Position numbers and translations under genes: made by a program
Notes under the pieces: generated by a model
Seen by the model: only the letters and a program-made list of their open reading frames with translations
Told to the model about the DNA's origin: nothing
The model's database searches: none
In this document: piece after piece, positions 12,276-25,787 of the stretch
Layout of the letters: the number at the start of each line of letters is the position of its first letter
How positions within the stretch are numbered: position 1 is the stretch's first letter
NCBI GenBank assembly: GCA_973895155.1
Contig: OZ316891.1
Span: 13,981,037 to 14,045,036, forward strand
DNA from: Marsupella aquatica
Lineage: Eukaryota; Plantae; Marchantiophyta
DNA: 64,000 nt
Reading direction: 5' to 3'

Positions 12276-14329
12276 TGCATGATTATGGTCCTACACCTCT
12301 GGGCTTTTTCTTTGTTTCCATTTTACCATTACTTAGAGATTGATGGGAATTTGTTGCTTTTCATGTGTTATTGTTGTAAGAATCATGATGAAAAATGATG
12401 CTTCCTAAACAAAGAGTACCCATATTCAAGAACATGGTGTTAAAAGCTAATTTGCATTAAATAAGTTGGAGTGTTCCGCTAGCTTTATTCTTCTTTGCAA
12501 TTGTGTGAGTTTTCTTTTCCCCTTTTTCACATAGGATAGGCCCCATTATGTTACCCCTAAGAGACAACTTATTTTTAAGTCACAGCAAATAAAACACCAT
12601 GCGGTACCTTTTATCATCGTTTGGAAATGTGGAAGATTTGTTCTTTTCCTTTACTTACATATGATAGGTACACATGTCATTGCTAAAAGCACCAGTTAGG
12701 CTCAAAGAGCAAAAAAACATGTTTTGGACTTTCCAAGCAATGTAGCTTTGGACCAGAAAAATCACAAGATTACATGTTTTTTCCCTTACAAACACAAGAG
12801 GTTGAATTAATAGAGACAGCTCCTTTGAAGTCACATACCTCCATGAATCCCCATCAAAAGACACAATTGTGAAAGCTGCCCCATTTGATTCAAAGGAAGC
12901 TTGGTGGCCTGTGTTAAGGGTTCAAAGTTAAGGTAACCCTAAAAATTCCTGAAAAAAGGAGGAATCACAAAATCTTCAAGGTAAACCCTGGGGGTTTAGT
13001 GTGTCTTGCTATGTCTCCTTCCCTTAGGCAGGTTCTCTGTTAAAGGATGTGCACTTAGGCATGCATTCAACAGAAGCTAAAGGAGGACATAATTTTCAGC
13101 TAAACACAAATGGTTAAGCAGTTTAAGAGTGACATTGTAATGCTTAATTTGACTACTGGAAAATTAGTGATGGATGCCTTGAGGCTACTTATTTAGTACA
13201 TAGTAAGGAGCCTGCAAAATGTAACATACCTATACACCACTAGTATCAACATTTGGCTGATTTTGTAGTTTGTATTTGCCCTCTTCGGTTGTCCTCTATG
13301 GATTTCTTTTGCTTTTACTCCATTGTACTTTATTTTTTCCCTTTTCAATACATTGGTTCTTTTTCTTACTTGGCATGATTGAATTGAATCGTGCTTTTTA
13401 CTGCTCTTTCTGAGGTAGTCTTGTAACCTGACAATTGTCGTTTAAGCCTGCTGAACACAACCTTCACTAGTAGTGGATGCTCACCAGTGAATGTATACCC
13501 ATCCAATTTATAGCAAAAGAGAGAAGAGCACACACGATGGTCAGTAGGCCAAAACCCAAAATATGGAAGGCAAGTAGACGGAGGCCTTACTAACTGGTCC
13601 ATTCACTACACCTAAACACTTACACTGTTCAACTCTCGCATATGTTGTCTAAATCTAGTTACTAGTTCTAGTTACTAGATTGGCACTAAACTTATGAGAA
13701 AATTTCATTATGCCATTATAAAAGGTAGACAAAAAGGGATATTTGTTGTTTTATTTTGTAACTCCCTATGCTTTAGAACCTTGGTCAAAAAAGTACGAAA
13801 TACATATTTAGCACCACATGTGATGCCCACAGCTTTTTGTAGTTGACACCCGGAGGTCCTGATTGGTCGGGCCACTGCCTTCACCATGTCTCCTCTCTGT
13901 CATCTGGCCTGGCAAGGCTCTGGTCTTTGTGTGCCCTTTAGTATATTCTGGTCTAGTGGAGGATGTTGTTTCAGATTGTGACGGTTTTGGCCTAGCTCTC
14001 ATGGTTTGGTTGATTTCGAGGCTAAGGATTGGTTAGCATCTAATGTTGCTTCAAGCTTTATGCCTTTGCCCTGTCCCATTTTCCCTCTCCTGCACTTCGA
14101 GTGTCAATTGGAGTGGTACAACCATTTTCAGCATTTTAGGCAAATTTGATGGGTTTTCCTGCACCTCAGACCCAAGCCACCCAAGCCAGTTGTAGGCTGC
14201 TTGACTGGATGGGGTTTTCCTCCCCTTCCCCCCTGAAACGAAGAAATGTTTCTGGAAGAAACCATCTCAAGAAAATGCAATTGATGCTGGGATGGACCAC
14301 AACCTTTGACTTTGAGACTCTGATAGACC

Positions 14330-14393
14330 ACCCACTATTAGACACTTGGAAAGGTGAACATCTAGACCATCTACTATTAGACACTTGGAAAGG
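14330..14393. repeat. Short tandem duplication (about 38 bp x2)
   Basis: ctattagacacttggaaaggt occurs twice. Confidence 0.75.
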
Positions 14394-15040
14394 TCAGTAT
14401 GTACATGAAGGAAGGGAATGTACCATCTAAGTGAAAACCTATGTTTCAAAGGAGTGCAACGATCCATCCAAGTATCTTGTCAAGCCTTGTGATCTATGGG
14501 AGCTTCGCCTCGTTCCTAAGGAGAGTGAAGGACGGATCACTCTGTTCCAGATTATTAAAAAAGAAAAGAAACCAACATAGGATAGTACAGTCCGTTGTAC
14601 GTGCTGTAATTATTGTAAGTGAGACATCGAGCATGCGGCCCATCAAAGTACAGCATAGCAGTCACACACACACTCCAATGAAAGCTCTACGAAAAGGCTC
14701 ATAGAAACGACAGGAGGTCAGGGGGTAAATAAAAGCTTCCCCGCACAGGACCCCATCATCCATCACACGAAAGACGCTCGCAGAAGTCAAAGTATGAAAG
14801 CGAAAAAGAGGGCGGGTGGGGATGCCTCGAAGGACAGTACCCGTCACCCTGCTCCAGTGCTCCTGCTGCTTGCCTGGGCTGTACCACTGTACCCGACCAC
14901 AGCGATGCTGCAAAAGTCCTCGTAAGAACGCGTGTAGAATCACCCATTCCAACAACGCTAATACAACGGGACAACGAATTCTATCATGCCCTTGCGCTCG
15001 CAAATTTTTCTTCCCCTCCCTTCTTCGTCGTCTTCTTCTA

Positions 15041-16739
15041 CAGTAGACTCTACCTTGTACAAGTGCAAGAAGAATACCCTGTCTTGCACTAATACAAGGT
15101 TGTTTTTTTTGTTGTGTTGTCTTGAAGGGAGTGGTTTACTTATGCTGAAAGGAAAAACCCAATAAAAAATAGGGAGTAACCGCCAGATCCCCCAAAAAGA
15201 TCAAAGGCCAACAACCACTCACAAACCGTGAATGGAAACCATTTCCTTTTTGTCCTTTATGAGTTTGTTTTAGTGATGAAATTTTGCCTTTCAAAGTGCA
15301 CTTGTACTCGGTTTGCATTATGCCATAAGTGCAAACCAATTAATCTTGCACTTATAAATAAAAACTACGCTATAAGTGCAGGCAGAACGGACTTTGCCCT
15401 TCTAGAGAATTTGTAAGAACTTATCCTTTGTTTGATGTGTGCAAACCATGGATTGTGCTACCCAACTTGCATGTATAGAAACTGCAAGAAAGACTCCAAA
15501 TACATGTAGAAAGCCAGAAACTACAGGAGAGGAAGCCTCCGCCTTGCAGTCAATCACATTTACTAATACATCTTGCAATATGACACTTTATGTCAACATG
15601 TCTTGCACTTGTAAATTAAGTCATACATTATCCCTCATGCACTTGTGGAAAACTGCAAGTATATGCTTGTCCATGGTTTGCACTTACATATATGTCTCAT
15701 AGTGAGATGCAATTTGCACTTTCAAGAACTGCAAGAAAGACTGCAATTACAAAAAGAAAGGAAGGAAATACCGGGGACGAAGCCTCCACCTTGCAGTAAA
15801 GCACATTCTGCACTTGTACAAGTTGCAATGTAGTACTCTATGTGAACATGTCTTGGACTATATCCCCTCATGCACTTGTGAGCAATTGTAAATATACACT
15901 TACCCGTGGACAGTGAGACCCAACTTGGACTAACAAAAACCGCAAGAAATACTGGGAGGAAATACTGCATAAGAAGCCTCTGCCTTGCTAAAAGGAAAAT
16001 TCTGCACTTGCAGCATGTCTAGCACTTATCAATGAAGGCCTACATTATCCCTGATGCACAAGTAGACCCCGAGAAGTGGACAACTGAAAGTATAGGCTTA
16101 TCTATGGTTTGTACCTACCTATGTGTCACATAATGAAACACAACTGCAAGAAAGACTGCATTTACAAGTAAAAAGGGAGGAAATACTGCAGAAGAAGCCT
16201 CTGCTTGGGAGTAAAGCACATTTTGCACTTACATGCGTTGCAATATAGTACTCTGTCAATGTTTGCGCTAATCAATAAATGCATCCTTTATTCCTCCACA
16301 CTTGTGGGAAATTGCAAGTACTAGCCTGATTACCACTAACCTAACAGAGATGAAGTAAAAAAAAAAACTTCCAAAGAAAAAGAATTCTATGCTATCGAAT
16401 ATTTCCCCATCCCCATTTTTTGTTCACCCTCACTTTGTCCTTATTTCTAGTCTAGTTCTGTCCTTAATTTTGAGTCGAGTTTTGTTCTTATTTGGCGTTA
16501 TGGTCCAGAGTCTTCACTCTAGACTCTAGCCCTTGAAAGTAATTTATGTTTGCAATTTATTAATAAGATACATTTCCCACCTTTTGCACTTACGTATCTG
16601 TGCAAGCCTGTATAGCGAGACCCAAATTGCATTTACGGAAGTTTCAAGAAAAACTGTAAATACATTGAAAACAGGGAGTAAATACTGGCCACCGCGTTGC
16701 AGTAAAGCATATCTTGCACTTACGCAGGGTGGACTACAT
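15041..16739. mobile_element. Non-autonomous DNA transposon (possibly Tc1/mariner-pogo-like) with internal 200-250 bp tandem repeats
   Basis: Left end ta|CAGTAGACTCTACCTTGTACAAGTGCA resembles the reverse complement of the right end TGCACTTACGCAGGGTGGACTACAT; internal actgcaagaaagactgc...gagg.aaatact units near 15480, 15730, 15940, 16143 and 16640. Confidence 0.6.
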
Positions 16740-17849
16740 TTCATAACCCCCTCTCAATCAATGATGAGCCATCAGTCTGGTCTGAGTAAACAAGCGAGTG
16801 GAAGGGCGAACGAACAGAGCCACTACAGGAACGGCGAACTTGTCTCCCTCAACCTCCCCGTCCTCCGGATCCGCTAACGGACAGTCTCTGGTCCTGTCCT
16901 GTCCCGTCCCGTCCCGTCCTGTCTGTCCTGCTCCCTGCCCAATCGCTGATGGTTGGCTGTCCAGTAGAGTACAGTACATTATAGTACAGTACACGCAATA
17001 CCGTACTTCAGGAGTCTTACTAGACTCGTACGATATGACTGCGACTGTTTGGTGCTGCAATGTCATGAGTGTCATGTACAGTATACGGTAGGATAACCGA
17101 GGTCTGGGCACGGGTTACTTACTACCGCCGTAGGGACGATGAAGTTCGCGCATGCCCCGGCGCCAAGCCTTTATATTTTATCTCTTTCCCCCCCCCCCTG
17201 GAAAGGAGCACTTTACTTTTGAGAAAAGTAAAAACACAACAAAAACAAGTAATAACAGGCTGGAACCAAAATAGAACAAAGGCCAAAATTTGTACCAAGA
17301 CCAAACACGTTTGGCCAAGAGAGAAAAGGGAACAGGAATTAACTACAAGTGAAAAAGGAAACCGAGTGACACTCATCAAGGAATCTAACTAAGCAGCTAC
17401 AGCAACGATGAGGGCCAACTCGGACAGGGTAACAGGAAGAGATCGAGCTCAAAAAAACTATAATCCAGCAAAAATGCAACCTAACGCAAACTTTTTTATT
17501 TCACCTTTCATAGGATAGCGCAAAGGCCGATATATTACTCCAGGTTCCAGTTCTTATGTTGAACCAATGTAAACACTCATACATCATTATATTTGCGATG
17601 ACTTTTTTAAGTTTTTAGGTTGAAAACACTTGCTAATTCTTAGCATATTGCTGCCATATGTACTGATTTTTTTTGTCTCAGTGACTCAAAATCTCAAATT
17701 TTAATTATTTTTTGTGCAAACCTGATGATCACTATGGTAGTGCCTCCCGTCAGCTTGTTCTCATTCTGAATGCAGGAGTGAAGACAGTAACCCAGCTCCC
17801 AACATGGGTTTCCATCCGTTATTTTTTCCAGAAAAATGTTATCCTGCCA

Positions 17850-17922
17850 GAAATTTCTGGACACATGATATGAGAAATTCTGGACACATGATATGAGAAT
17901 TTCTGGACACACGATATGAGAA
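17850..17922. repeat. Minisatellite, 23-24 bp x3
   Basis: gaa(a)tttctggacacatgatatga repeated. Confidence 0.9.
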
Positions 17923-18024
17923 TAGAAGCATGGAGTAGAAATGCTTCCTTGCAAGGTTTACAACGTTGATATTCTATGCAATGCTCAATCATTTTTGAAG
18001 CAGCAGTAGAAGAAGACCTGCTGA

Positions 18025-18390
18025 TGGTCTCTACTGGAGTACTGAATGGTATTTGACTGCTCCCTCCTTTTTCATCATCATGGTCGTTTCTCGCTGATCT
18101 AGAGCGAGGGAAGATGAATGTAGCCTGTTTTCGATTCATCATTGTGGACTCTTGTTTCTCTCTGAGCTAGAGGGCGAGAAGATGAATGACCAGCTGCTTT
18201 CCATGGTCTCTCTTAAGAGACTCGATGATATTTGACTGTTCCTGCCTTTTCATCATTGTGGTATCTTGTTTCTCACTGATCTAGCGAGAGAAGATGAATA
18301 ACCAGCCTGCTTTCCATCGTCTGTACTGAGCGACTCATGGTATTTATTTGACTGCTCCTCTGTCATCATTATATATCTCACTGATCTTTG
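18025..18390. repeat. Degenerate tandem repeat, about 115 bp x3
   Basis: Recurring tatttgactg.tcc...ttcatcat..tgg...gtttctc.ctga.ctag..cgag.gaagatgaat. Confidence 0.75.
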
Positions 18391-18849
18391 GCTATGCTGC
18401 TATTGATGATGATGCTCTGGTCTCTAGTATGGTCTGTATGTACTCAAATTGTTCCAGCATCAGGGCATTCCCCTCTGCCCCAATCGAGTACTGCCTGAAA
18501 TCCAAAGACTCATCATATCCTTCTTGTAGGCTAAATCTCTTGGACACTTGAATGCTACTTTGATTTGATTGGGACCTAACCCTTCGCTCGCAACAATTAT
18601 TGCAGAAGTCGCTTTACGTGGAGATCTTCAAGTATCGGTTCCAATTCCTCATGTAGCAATCAGAAGTTATCGGGTAAAATCAAGAACAAAGTGAGTTTAG
18701 CTTGTGTACTACATGGAGGGTGGCCCTACAGTTCTGTTTTAAAACAGTGTCAACATTTTCAATAATGAGGCAGCTTGGATATGATAACTCCCGGGTTATG
18801 CTTGGCAACCCTTATGTTGAAAAGAGGAGCCAAAGAACACAAGTCCCAA

Positions 18850-19127
18850 GCAAACTTTCTTTTGCCACTACCCCATGTCTAGAATTTGTATCTCTAGCAA
18901 GTGCCTCACTTCCAAGCAACTAGAGTACCTCATAATGACTCAAACAGACCACAAACATTTGTGGACAGGATTTTCATTCCACCACATTTTGCACTTTCCA
19001 AGGAAACCCTATCATTTTTGTATGTTGTGATCACCCGTTCAGTTGCCACACCGTGTTTGACAATTGCCCTCCTAACATCTTGCCAAATCTGAAATGTATC
19101 ACCTTCCTTCAAAGAAGGTTGAACCAT
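18850..19127 (-). pseudogene. MuDR/Mutator transposase N-terminal domain relic
   Basis: LKEGDTFQIWQDVRRAIVKHGVATERVITTYKNDRVSL..KC, then after a frameshift PVHKCLWSV; resembles the MuDR G..F....R.AI....KND....C...C.W pattern. Confidence 0.55.
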
Positions 19128-19205
19128 GGTCCTTGCAAGTTTGTGAATTGCAGTATGCAGCCTCTACATACAATTGAGACAGGAAAATTGAGTCAATATA
19201 CATAA

Positions 19206-20352
19206 CAGTCGCAGAACTTGACTACCTTAACACTTAGGTCGGGCATTGCTGACTCTGACACCGAGCTCCTCTATGGTCCAAGCCCGGAATGGCCATCTGG
19301 TGAGGACTTAGCATGGGGACACTTGTGAGAAATGAGGCGTTGCACTGGCAAAGGCAAGACGTTAAGCTGGTGACGCAAACTAAGGACTTAGACTAGTTGG
19401 GGGCTGGTCGCGTCATGGGAAAGGGCCGGACTCAAGGTTGACCGTCCAGACCCCTGGATGGACTTTGAGTTCTGAGGACTTGAGTGAGAACTCCTCTTGG
19501 GCCCAAGGCTAATGGAGTTTACTTCATGCACAATGGACGCTTGGGGCATGAGATATGGCCCAGCCAAGGTGTGGCCGTCCGAGGATGACGGGTTCTGAGG
19601 GCCTAGGCATGAGCACTAAGTTGGCCCGATCACAACGGGCTAAGGCACTCTGCCTATGGACACCTAACTATAAAGTTATGGGCATAGCCAGTTGGTGGCG
19701 TGCCCAGGTGTGGGGGTTGGGGTCTAGGTGGGGGGCCAAAATATGGGGACCAAAGTTGGTCTGGGGGTGGAAAGTATCCAAAAGCATATATGAGGGGAGT
19801 GATGTCTCCCTAGGTTGTGAGTTGAGCGAGAACCATGAGTTGGTTGCTAGAGTTGAGCCATTCTGGTCTCGACATTTTAGGACAAGCTATGCTATTTGGG
19901 CCATGGGGATGTTCTGGGGGCAGGGCGGTCAACTGTGACGGAAAGGTATGTGGGGCAGCCCGGGTTGTATCCAAAGAGGGATTGTTTTGGATAAATAGTG
20001 AGTGTTGGTTCTGGCTTCGGCTTATGGCAAGGCCATGCGGGCCAGGGAGGACCTATTGCTGACCTATTTACCAATGCTTGTTGAGCTTGAGTTAGCACGC
20101 TAGACTTGGGAGATCTAGATCCTTTTGGGGTTATTTACCGGAGTGCTTGGTGGCTTGTGCAGACTATGAGGGTCGTTGAGCGACAGTCGTGTTAGGGAGC
20201 AAGTGCAACTTTGTATGGAAGGGGCCGCCCGGGGGTGCAAGGGGCATCAAGTTGCTTGCTCAAGGAGTTCCATGGAGGCGTTCGGGCACCATGGGCACTT
20301 AGGCGTGGGTGTTGGGATTGGTGAGGGCGCTGGATGGCAAGGTCCACCACTA
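19206..20352 (-). mobile_element. Non-autonomous TIR element family, copy A (TSD TAA)
   Basis: Ends CAGTCGCAGAACTTG ... CAAGGTCCACCACTA, with TAA on both flanks; reverse-complement homologous to copies B and C. Confidence 0.85.
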
Positions 20353-20905
20353 TAATAGAAGCCAACAAGAATTAGAGCAACATCAACAATGGAATCAGAA
20401 AAGCCAAATTATAGAAAAGTAAGTTAATGTCTAATAAGTCAGGTTGTACTGGAATATGAAAGGCCCCATTTTAGTTGAACACATGAATTACAATGAAGGT
20501 GGTTTGTTAAGAACTCATAGACCTCTTAAAGAGGCATCAATGCTCAGTATCTTACCTGAAAAACTAGGAATTTGAATAGTAAGAGCTCCCTGTGGTGTAT
20601 TTAATGATTATGATTCTTTGCTCATCTGGATTGGGGATGACAGTGAATGCTCCGCTAAATGATGCAGGAACGCTGCAACGTCCATTCTCAAAGATGAAAA
20701 TTATGCTTAATTGGAATCTATGTATTTTGGCGCACCTCTACTACCACTAAGTAATTTTGGAAGGAAATCAAGAAACACACCGAATGACAAATTGAAGCCT
20801 CACAACATCAGATTACTTGTTGAAATGAACAAGAAGCATAACGTGGGATAATGTTCAATCTATGCACATTGTGATCTTGCAAATATGAAGCAACTTCATT
20901 GCCAT

Positions 20906-22212
20906 CAGTGGTGGACCTTGCCACCCAACGCCCTCACCAATCCCTAAGTGCCCCTGGTGCCTGAACGCCTCTACGGAATACCTTGATCAAGCAACCTGGT
21001 GCCCCTTACACCGAATGCGGCCCCTCCCATAAAAAGTTGCACTTGCTCTCCAACACGACCGCTACTCAACGGCCCGGGGTCCTCACTTCTTTTCTTCCGA
21101 CCCATCACGCGTGAATAAGTATAGGGTTTTTTATTGGGTTTAGTGAAATACTTTTAAATTTTTGTTGAAGAACATTAGGGTTATTTTAATCCAATTTTGA
21201 GAATTATAAGAATCATAGGGTTTTTTAAATCAAATATGGGAATATTCCATTAAGTTAGGGGTTAACAAATTCCTAAAAAAAACTTTATTGACTTAACTTT
21301 TAGGGTGTTTATTCCCCCAAAACTTTGAGCGTGATATGAGACACCCCTTGGATTGAGGCCCCCAAGCTCAACGGTCCTCACTGTTTGCACAAGCAACCAA
21401 GCATCTTGGTAAGTAACCCTTTAGGATCTAGATCCCCTAAGTCTAGCATCCTAACTCAAGCTCAACAGACATTGGTAAGTAGCTCATCGATAGATCCTCC
21501 CGATGCCATAAGTCGGAACCAAAATTGACGTCCACTATTTGTCAAGATTAGCTCCTTCCTTGGGCACAGCTCGGGTTCCCCCTCGTACCTATTCATCACC
21601 AGCTTACCCCCAAGACATGCTCATGGCCCAAATAGCGTAGCTTGTCCTAAGCTTGTCCCAACATGTTGGGACCATAATGATCCTGACTATAGCAACCAAC
21701 TCCCGTTTCTCACCCCACTTATGGTCTAGGGGCCAAGTGCCCTTGGAACTCAACTTCCACGTCTACTTGGCCTTGCCTCCCCAATGCAAGCTCCCTTGTG
21801 AGACTGAACGCGGCTTGGCTGCTATTTCGACAGGATTTGGCAAGCGGGCAAGATAGTCCCCGCAAACCCAGATCCAGCTGAGCTCAAGAGGATGTAGTCA
21901 TCCTTGAGAGATTTCCTATGCACCCAAGAATTCCTCCAACGGACTTCCCGTTGGGAAGTTATCGTCGTTTCCATTTGACATTTTCCCTTAGTGTCGCGAC
22001 CGCCGTAGCTCATGACTTTGGCTCGCCCTTAGCCCCTAGGGAGACACCACTCTCCTCATATATACTTTGCCAGTGCCACACCCCATTGTCCACAAGTCTC
22101 CCCATGCTAAGTCCTCCCCGGATGGCCTATCCGGGCCTGGACCATAAGGGAGCTTGGCGTCGGAGTCAGCGACGCCAGAGCTAAGTGTTAAGGTAGTCAA
22201 CTTCCGCAACTC
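20906..22212 (+). mobile_element. Non-autonomous TIR element family, copy B (TSD CAT), with a nested insert at 21076-21366
   Basis: Ends CAGTGGTGGACCTTG ... CAACTTCCGCAACTC, with CAT on both flanks; co-linear with copy C. Confidence 0.85.
21076..21366. mobile_element. AT-rich insert of about 290 bp nested in copy B
   Basis: Absent from copies A and C; short inverted ends GGGGTCCTCA / TGAGGCCCCC; flanked by duplicated ctcaacgg(c/t)cc; contains several degenerate TAGGG motifs. Confidence 0.6.
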
Positions 22213-25200
22213 CATACTTGATTCCTCTTGAGGCTTCCCTCCTCAACTGTTGACATACTCAACCTGTGGGGCAAGGATTGACGATATGCATTGAAGAGGG
22301 GAAAATTGAGCTCTAGCGTGCCCCACCTGAAAGTAATCTTGTACGCAATCGTGATGTGATCAAGCGCCACTAGCACTACTCATCTGTCACTGTGATTTGC
22401 AACAACTTTGGCTACTTCCTTGTAGAATACCTTGACAACTCATCATTTTGCATCTAGTTCCATGAAAGAGACACCATCCAGTCCAACTGAGGTATGTAGG
22501 ATAGAAAGATGTTGATGAGCGATAGGTGAATCAATACATTGCTTAAACTGTCAGCAGCTGACTTCACTTTGTTTCAGCAAAATTTGGTGCACTAAGTTGG
22601 CTTGAAATGTTGCAAATTCATCGTTGTTGGAGGATGCCTGTCGCAAAGTCGTTGCTCAAGAGGAAGGAATGTATGAAACACAGCAGATAGATGATGAGTT
22701 CATTATGCATCCTGTTCATAGCAGCTTCAAGGTTTCCTATGTTTGAGCAGCATTCAGTTCACACTCTGGCTGCGGCTGCCAAGCTTATTCGGGACGCTGC
22801 TACGGTGTTTGTCCCAGGTTGCAACTGGAAAATTTTCAAACTCTGTATCCCGTCAGGCCTCACAAAAGGAGCGCGCAGTTCAGGAGGTTGAGCTGAACTA
22901 ACCACATACAAAAACCGTGGCAATATTACAAATAGTGTAAAATCCATGGCAGTATTGTTATAAGCCACAACTTTAGTGACAATGTAGTTAAAAGTTGAAT
23001 GAAAAAATGAACTAAGCATAGTAATTAAAATGGACCAGGAATAATCACAATTGCTATATTTAAAAGAACCGTAACCTTGACAATGCAATTCATTTGACGG
23101 TCATATGATTGAACGACAAGTAGAAAGAAGCTAAGGGAGTTTGGGCAAGGACAAGGAATCATGACTGAAACCTCATAATTATTGAGTGATCTACAAAAAC
23201 CCAATTCTGACAAAAAACTGGAAATGTAGGCAAGCGCTACTTATAGTGCTTGTATTATGGGCAGGAGGTAGAACAGTCCATCAATCTGCCCAACAATACT
23301 ACTAGTCTCCTGTCTCAACTTTCTCTACCAATCCCTCAATTGCTCTTGAGGCGTCGGCTTAGGCTTAAGCAATATCCAATAGGACTTTCCATGATTACAA
23401 TGATTTGAAGCAAATGGGCGCTTCACTACCAATCCATAGCCTCCCTGACCTCTTTTGGTCTCCTTAAGACGACAAAACTGTGAATGCTCCCATCCAAGAA
23501 AGAAACATATGCGATGAACAATTCAGAAAGAAACATCCCAGAAAACTTGTCACCTTCTTAGAATTTTCCCTATGGTGACCCAAGTGCGACCACATTAAAG
23601 GAAAGGACCACCTTTCAATGCGTCACAGGACTCCAGAATCAGCTTCTTCATTGGCCATGCCTTTTGTTTGATGACAAATGAGTAGGGCATTCACCAAATT
23701 AGTTTTCTCTCCTACTTCACCAAGACTGCTTGGTCCATTAATCCCAACAATTTTAAAAATTGATTTGCGCACCTAAACAAACCTCTATCAGTCCATGGAT
23801 GCCTCAAAAAGGATAGCCTGAGAGATATCCAAGATAGTGGTTGCCTTTGAAAAAGTGCTCTAAACTTTGATCCCAAATTTCCAGTCACAACCATCATTTC
23901 CACTATTGCAAGTTGATTTGTCAAGTGGGTACGCCTGTGGGCACACTTGCTAAATGGAACTCTGCACAGTTCACACTGATTTTCCCTGTTGCGTAGATCT
24001 ATGATTGAGAAAACAACTCCAAATTTGACTGGAAATGGTGGGTCACCAGTTGAATTTTTTGTTTTTCTGTGCCCAACCTATGAAGCTTCCTTTTGGCCAT
24101 GCCTTCTGGATGTCTGTCAAGAACAGAAAGTTCAAGTTAGGGAACAAAGTCCAAACTCTGTCTGTAATTTCATAGCTCTTGAGTCAAGGGCAGTGAACTT
24201 TGAGACAACCTACTTATATCTGTCTTTCAAGGTTAGTGCTACATTGCAAAGAATTTTTATTTTTTATTTTTAAAATTTCATTTATTCCGCTTGAACCGCA
24301 CGGATTAACTGACAGCATGTGGAGCATGTAAGATGTCAAGCAAATAGGCAACATAGAGGGATCTCTGTCGTGGGGGTCGAGCTGGGGTTATATGTCAGCT
24401 CCTCGAATTCCCTTCTTGTACTTTTTTTGTACCAGGGTCAAGTCACTTAACGCATGACAGAACCCCAGCTCGACCCCCTGGTGACTTGACCCTGGTTAGC
24501 CACAACAGATCTGATGGCCTTGAGATTGTCACACCTGGGGTCAGATCAATCAATTCAATGATTTCAATTGCCCCACCACCACTTGTCTGCCAGGGCAGGG
24601 TTCCACCCTATGTGCCAGTTCCACCCCCAACCCACCTTCTTATTTCCAGAGTGCTTTCCTTTGCCCTCACTGTAGGAAAGCCCCTCTCGTTGCATTGTGC
24701 TCCAAGGGTGATGGGCACTGTCAGATTCTCCAATGTAGAGATCTTGATCATGGCCATAGGATCTTCTACAAAAACGGCATTGTAGTAGTTAATTTAGAAC
24801 AGGTCAAGACACCAGGGAACCCAGTTATACCAGGGTCAAGTCACTTAACGCATGACAGAAAATGATTAAACTAGAAAAGGTGGCAAGTTGACGTATGTGA
24901 CCAAAAAAGTTGACAATCTAGTAAAAGCCCAGATAGCAGAAAATTCATTCGATCCCCAAAACAAATTCAAGGCAGAGTGAAATCAAAGTACAGAGGGAGG
25001 GGCCCAACATGAAATTTGGTAGGTGTGACACAGTACTTTAATGTGAACAGGGTGCTTTGGCCTCCAGTGGGCTCAGACCAGTGAAAAAGTTCAGGCAACA
25101 CGCGGGGGCAATGAATGGCTACTGCCACATTATAACAAAAGGTGGGCTCTTCAGCCATGGTTGCTGTGGGACCAGGTGGTGATCTGCTTCTCCTCCAATG

Positions 25201-25787
25201 CAGGCTGGTTACTTTAGAGGGAGCAACAGAAAGGAAACCAGACCTGGAGCTCTTTCACACTTCAAAGTTTTGATTTGATGTGGAAAAGCTCGTTGCTGCT
25301 ACACATAATTATGATGTAAAGACTCTGCATGTGGCTATTTAAAACCGTTGGATGAACATTTACCATATAGTATGCAACATGCTTGATTTTTTGTCTTGTA
25401 GTGATATATAAGTGAATAAAATATGAAAATAGAACTAGAATACATATTAAGTATAGGTGAGATAAAATAAAATAAGTAGAGCACATGCAAAGAAAAGGGT
25501 ATAGTGAGTGACCAATGAAAAGTTCAGTCAAGTTCTATGATACACAGGTGCTACTACTATCTGTGCACTTATTAATTCAATGTGTTTTACTAATGACACT
25601 GAATTCAATAAAAACCATAAACCTAGGAGAGAAAGCCATGAGTGGATCTTAAGTCGAGACATGTTCAGATTATTTAGAATCATTTCTCTTACTCATGAGA
25701 AGACATAATTTTTTTATTCAAGATATCAAAATTAAGAGGGCTGCCAAATAAGTTCAAAACTTTCTAGGGTACCAAAATTAAAGGGAT

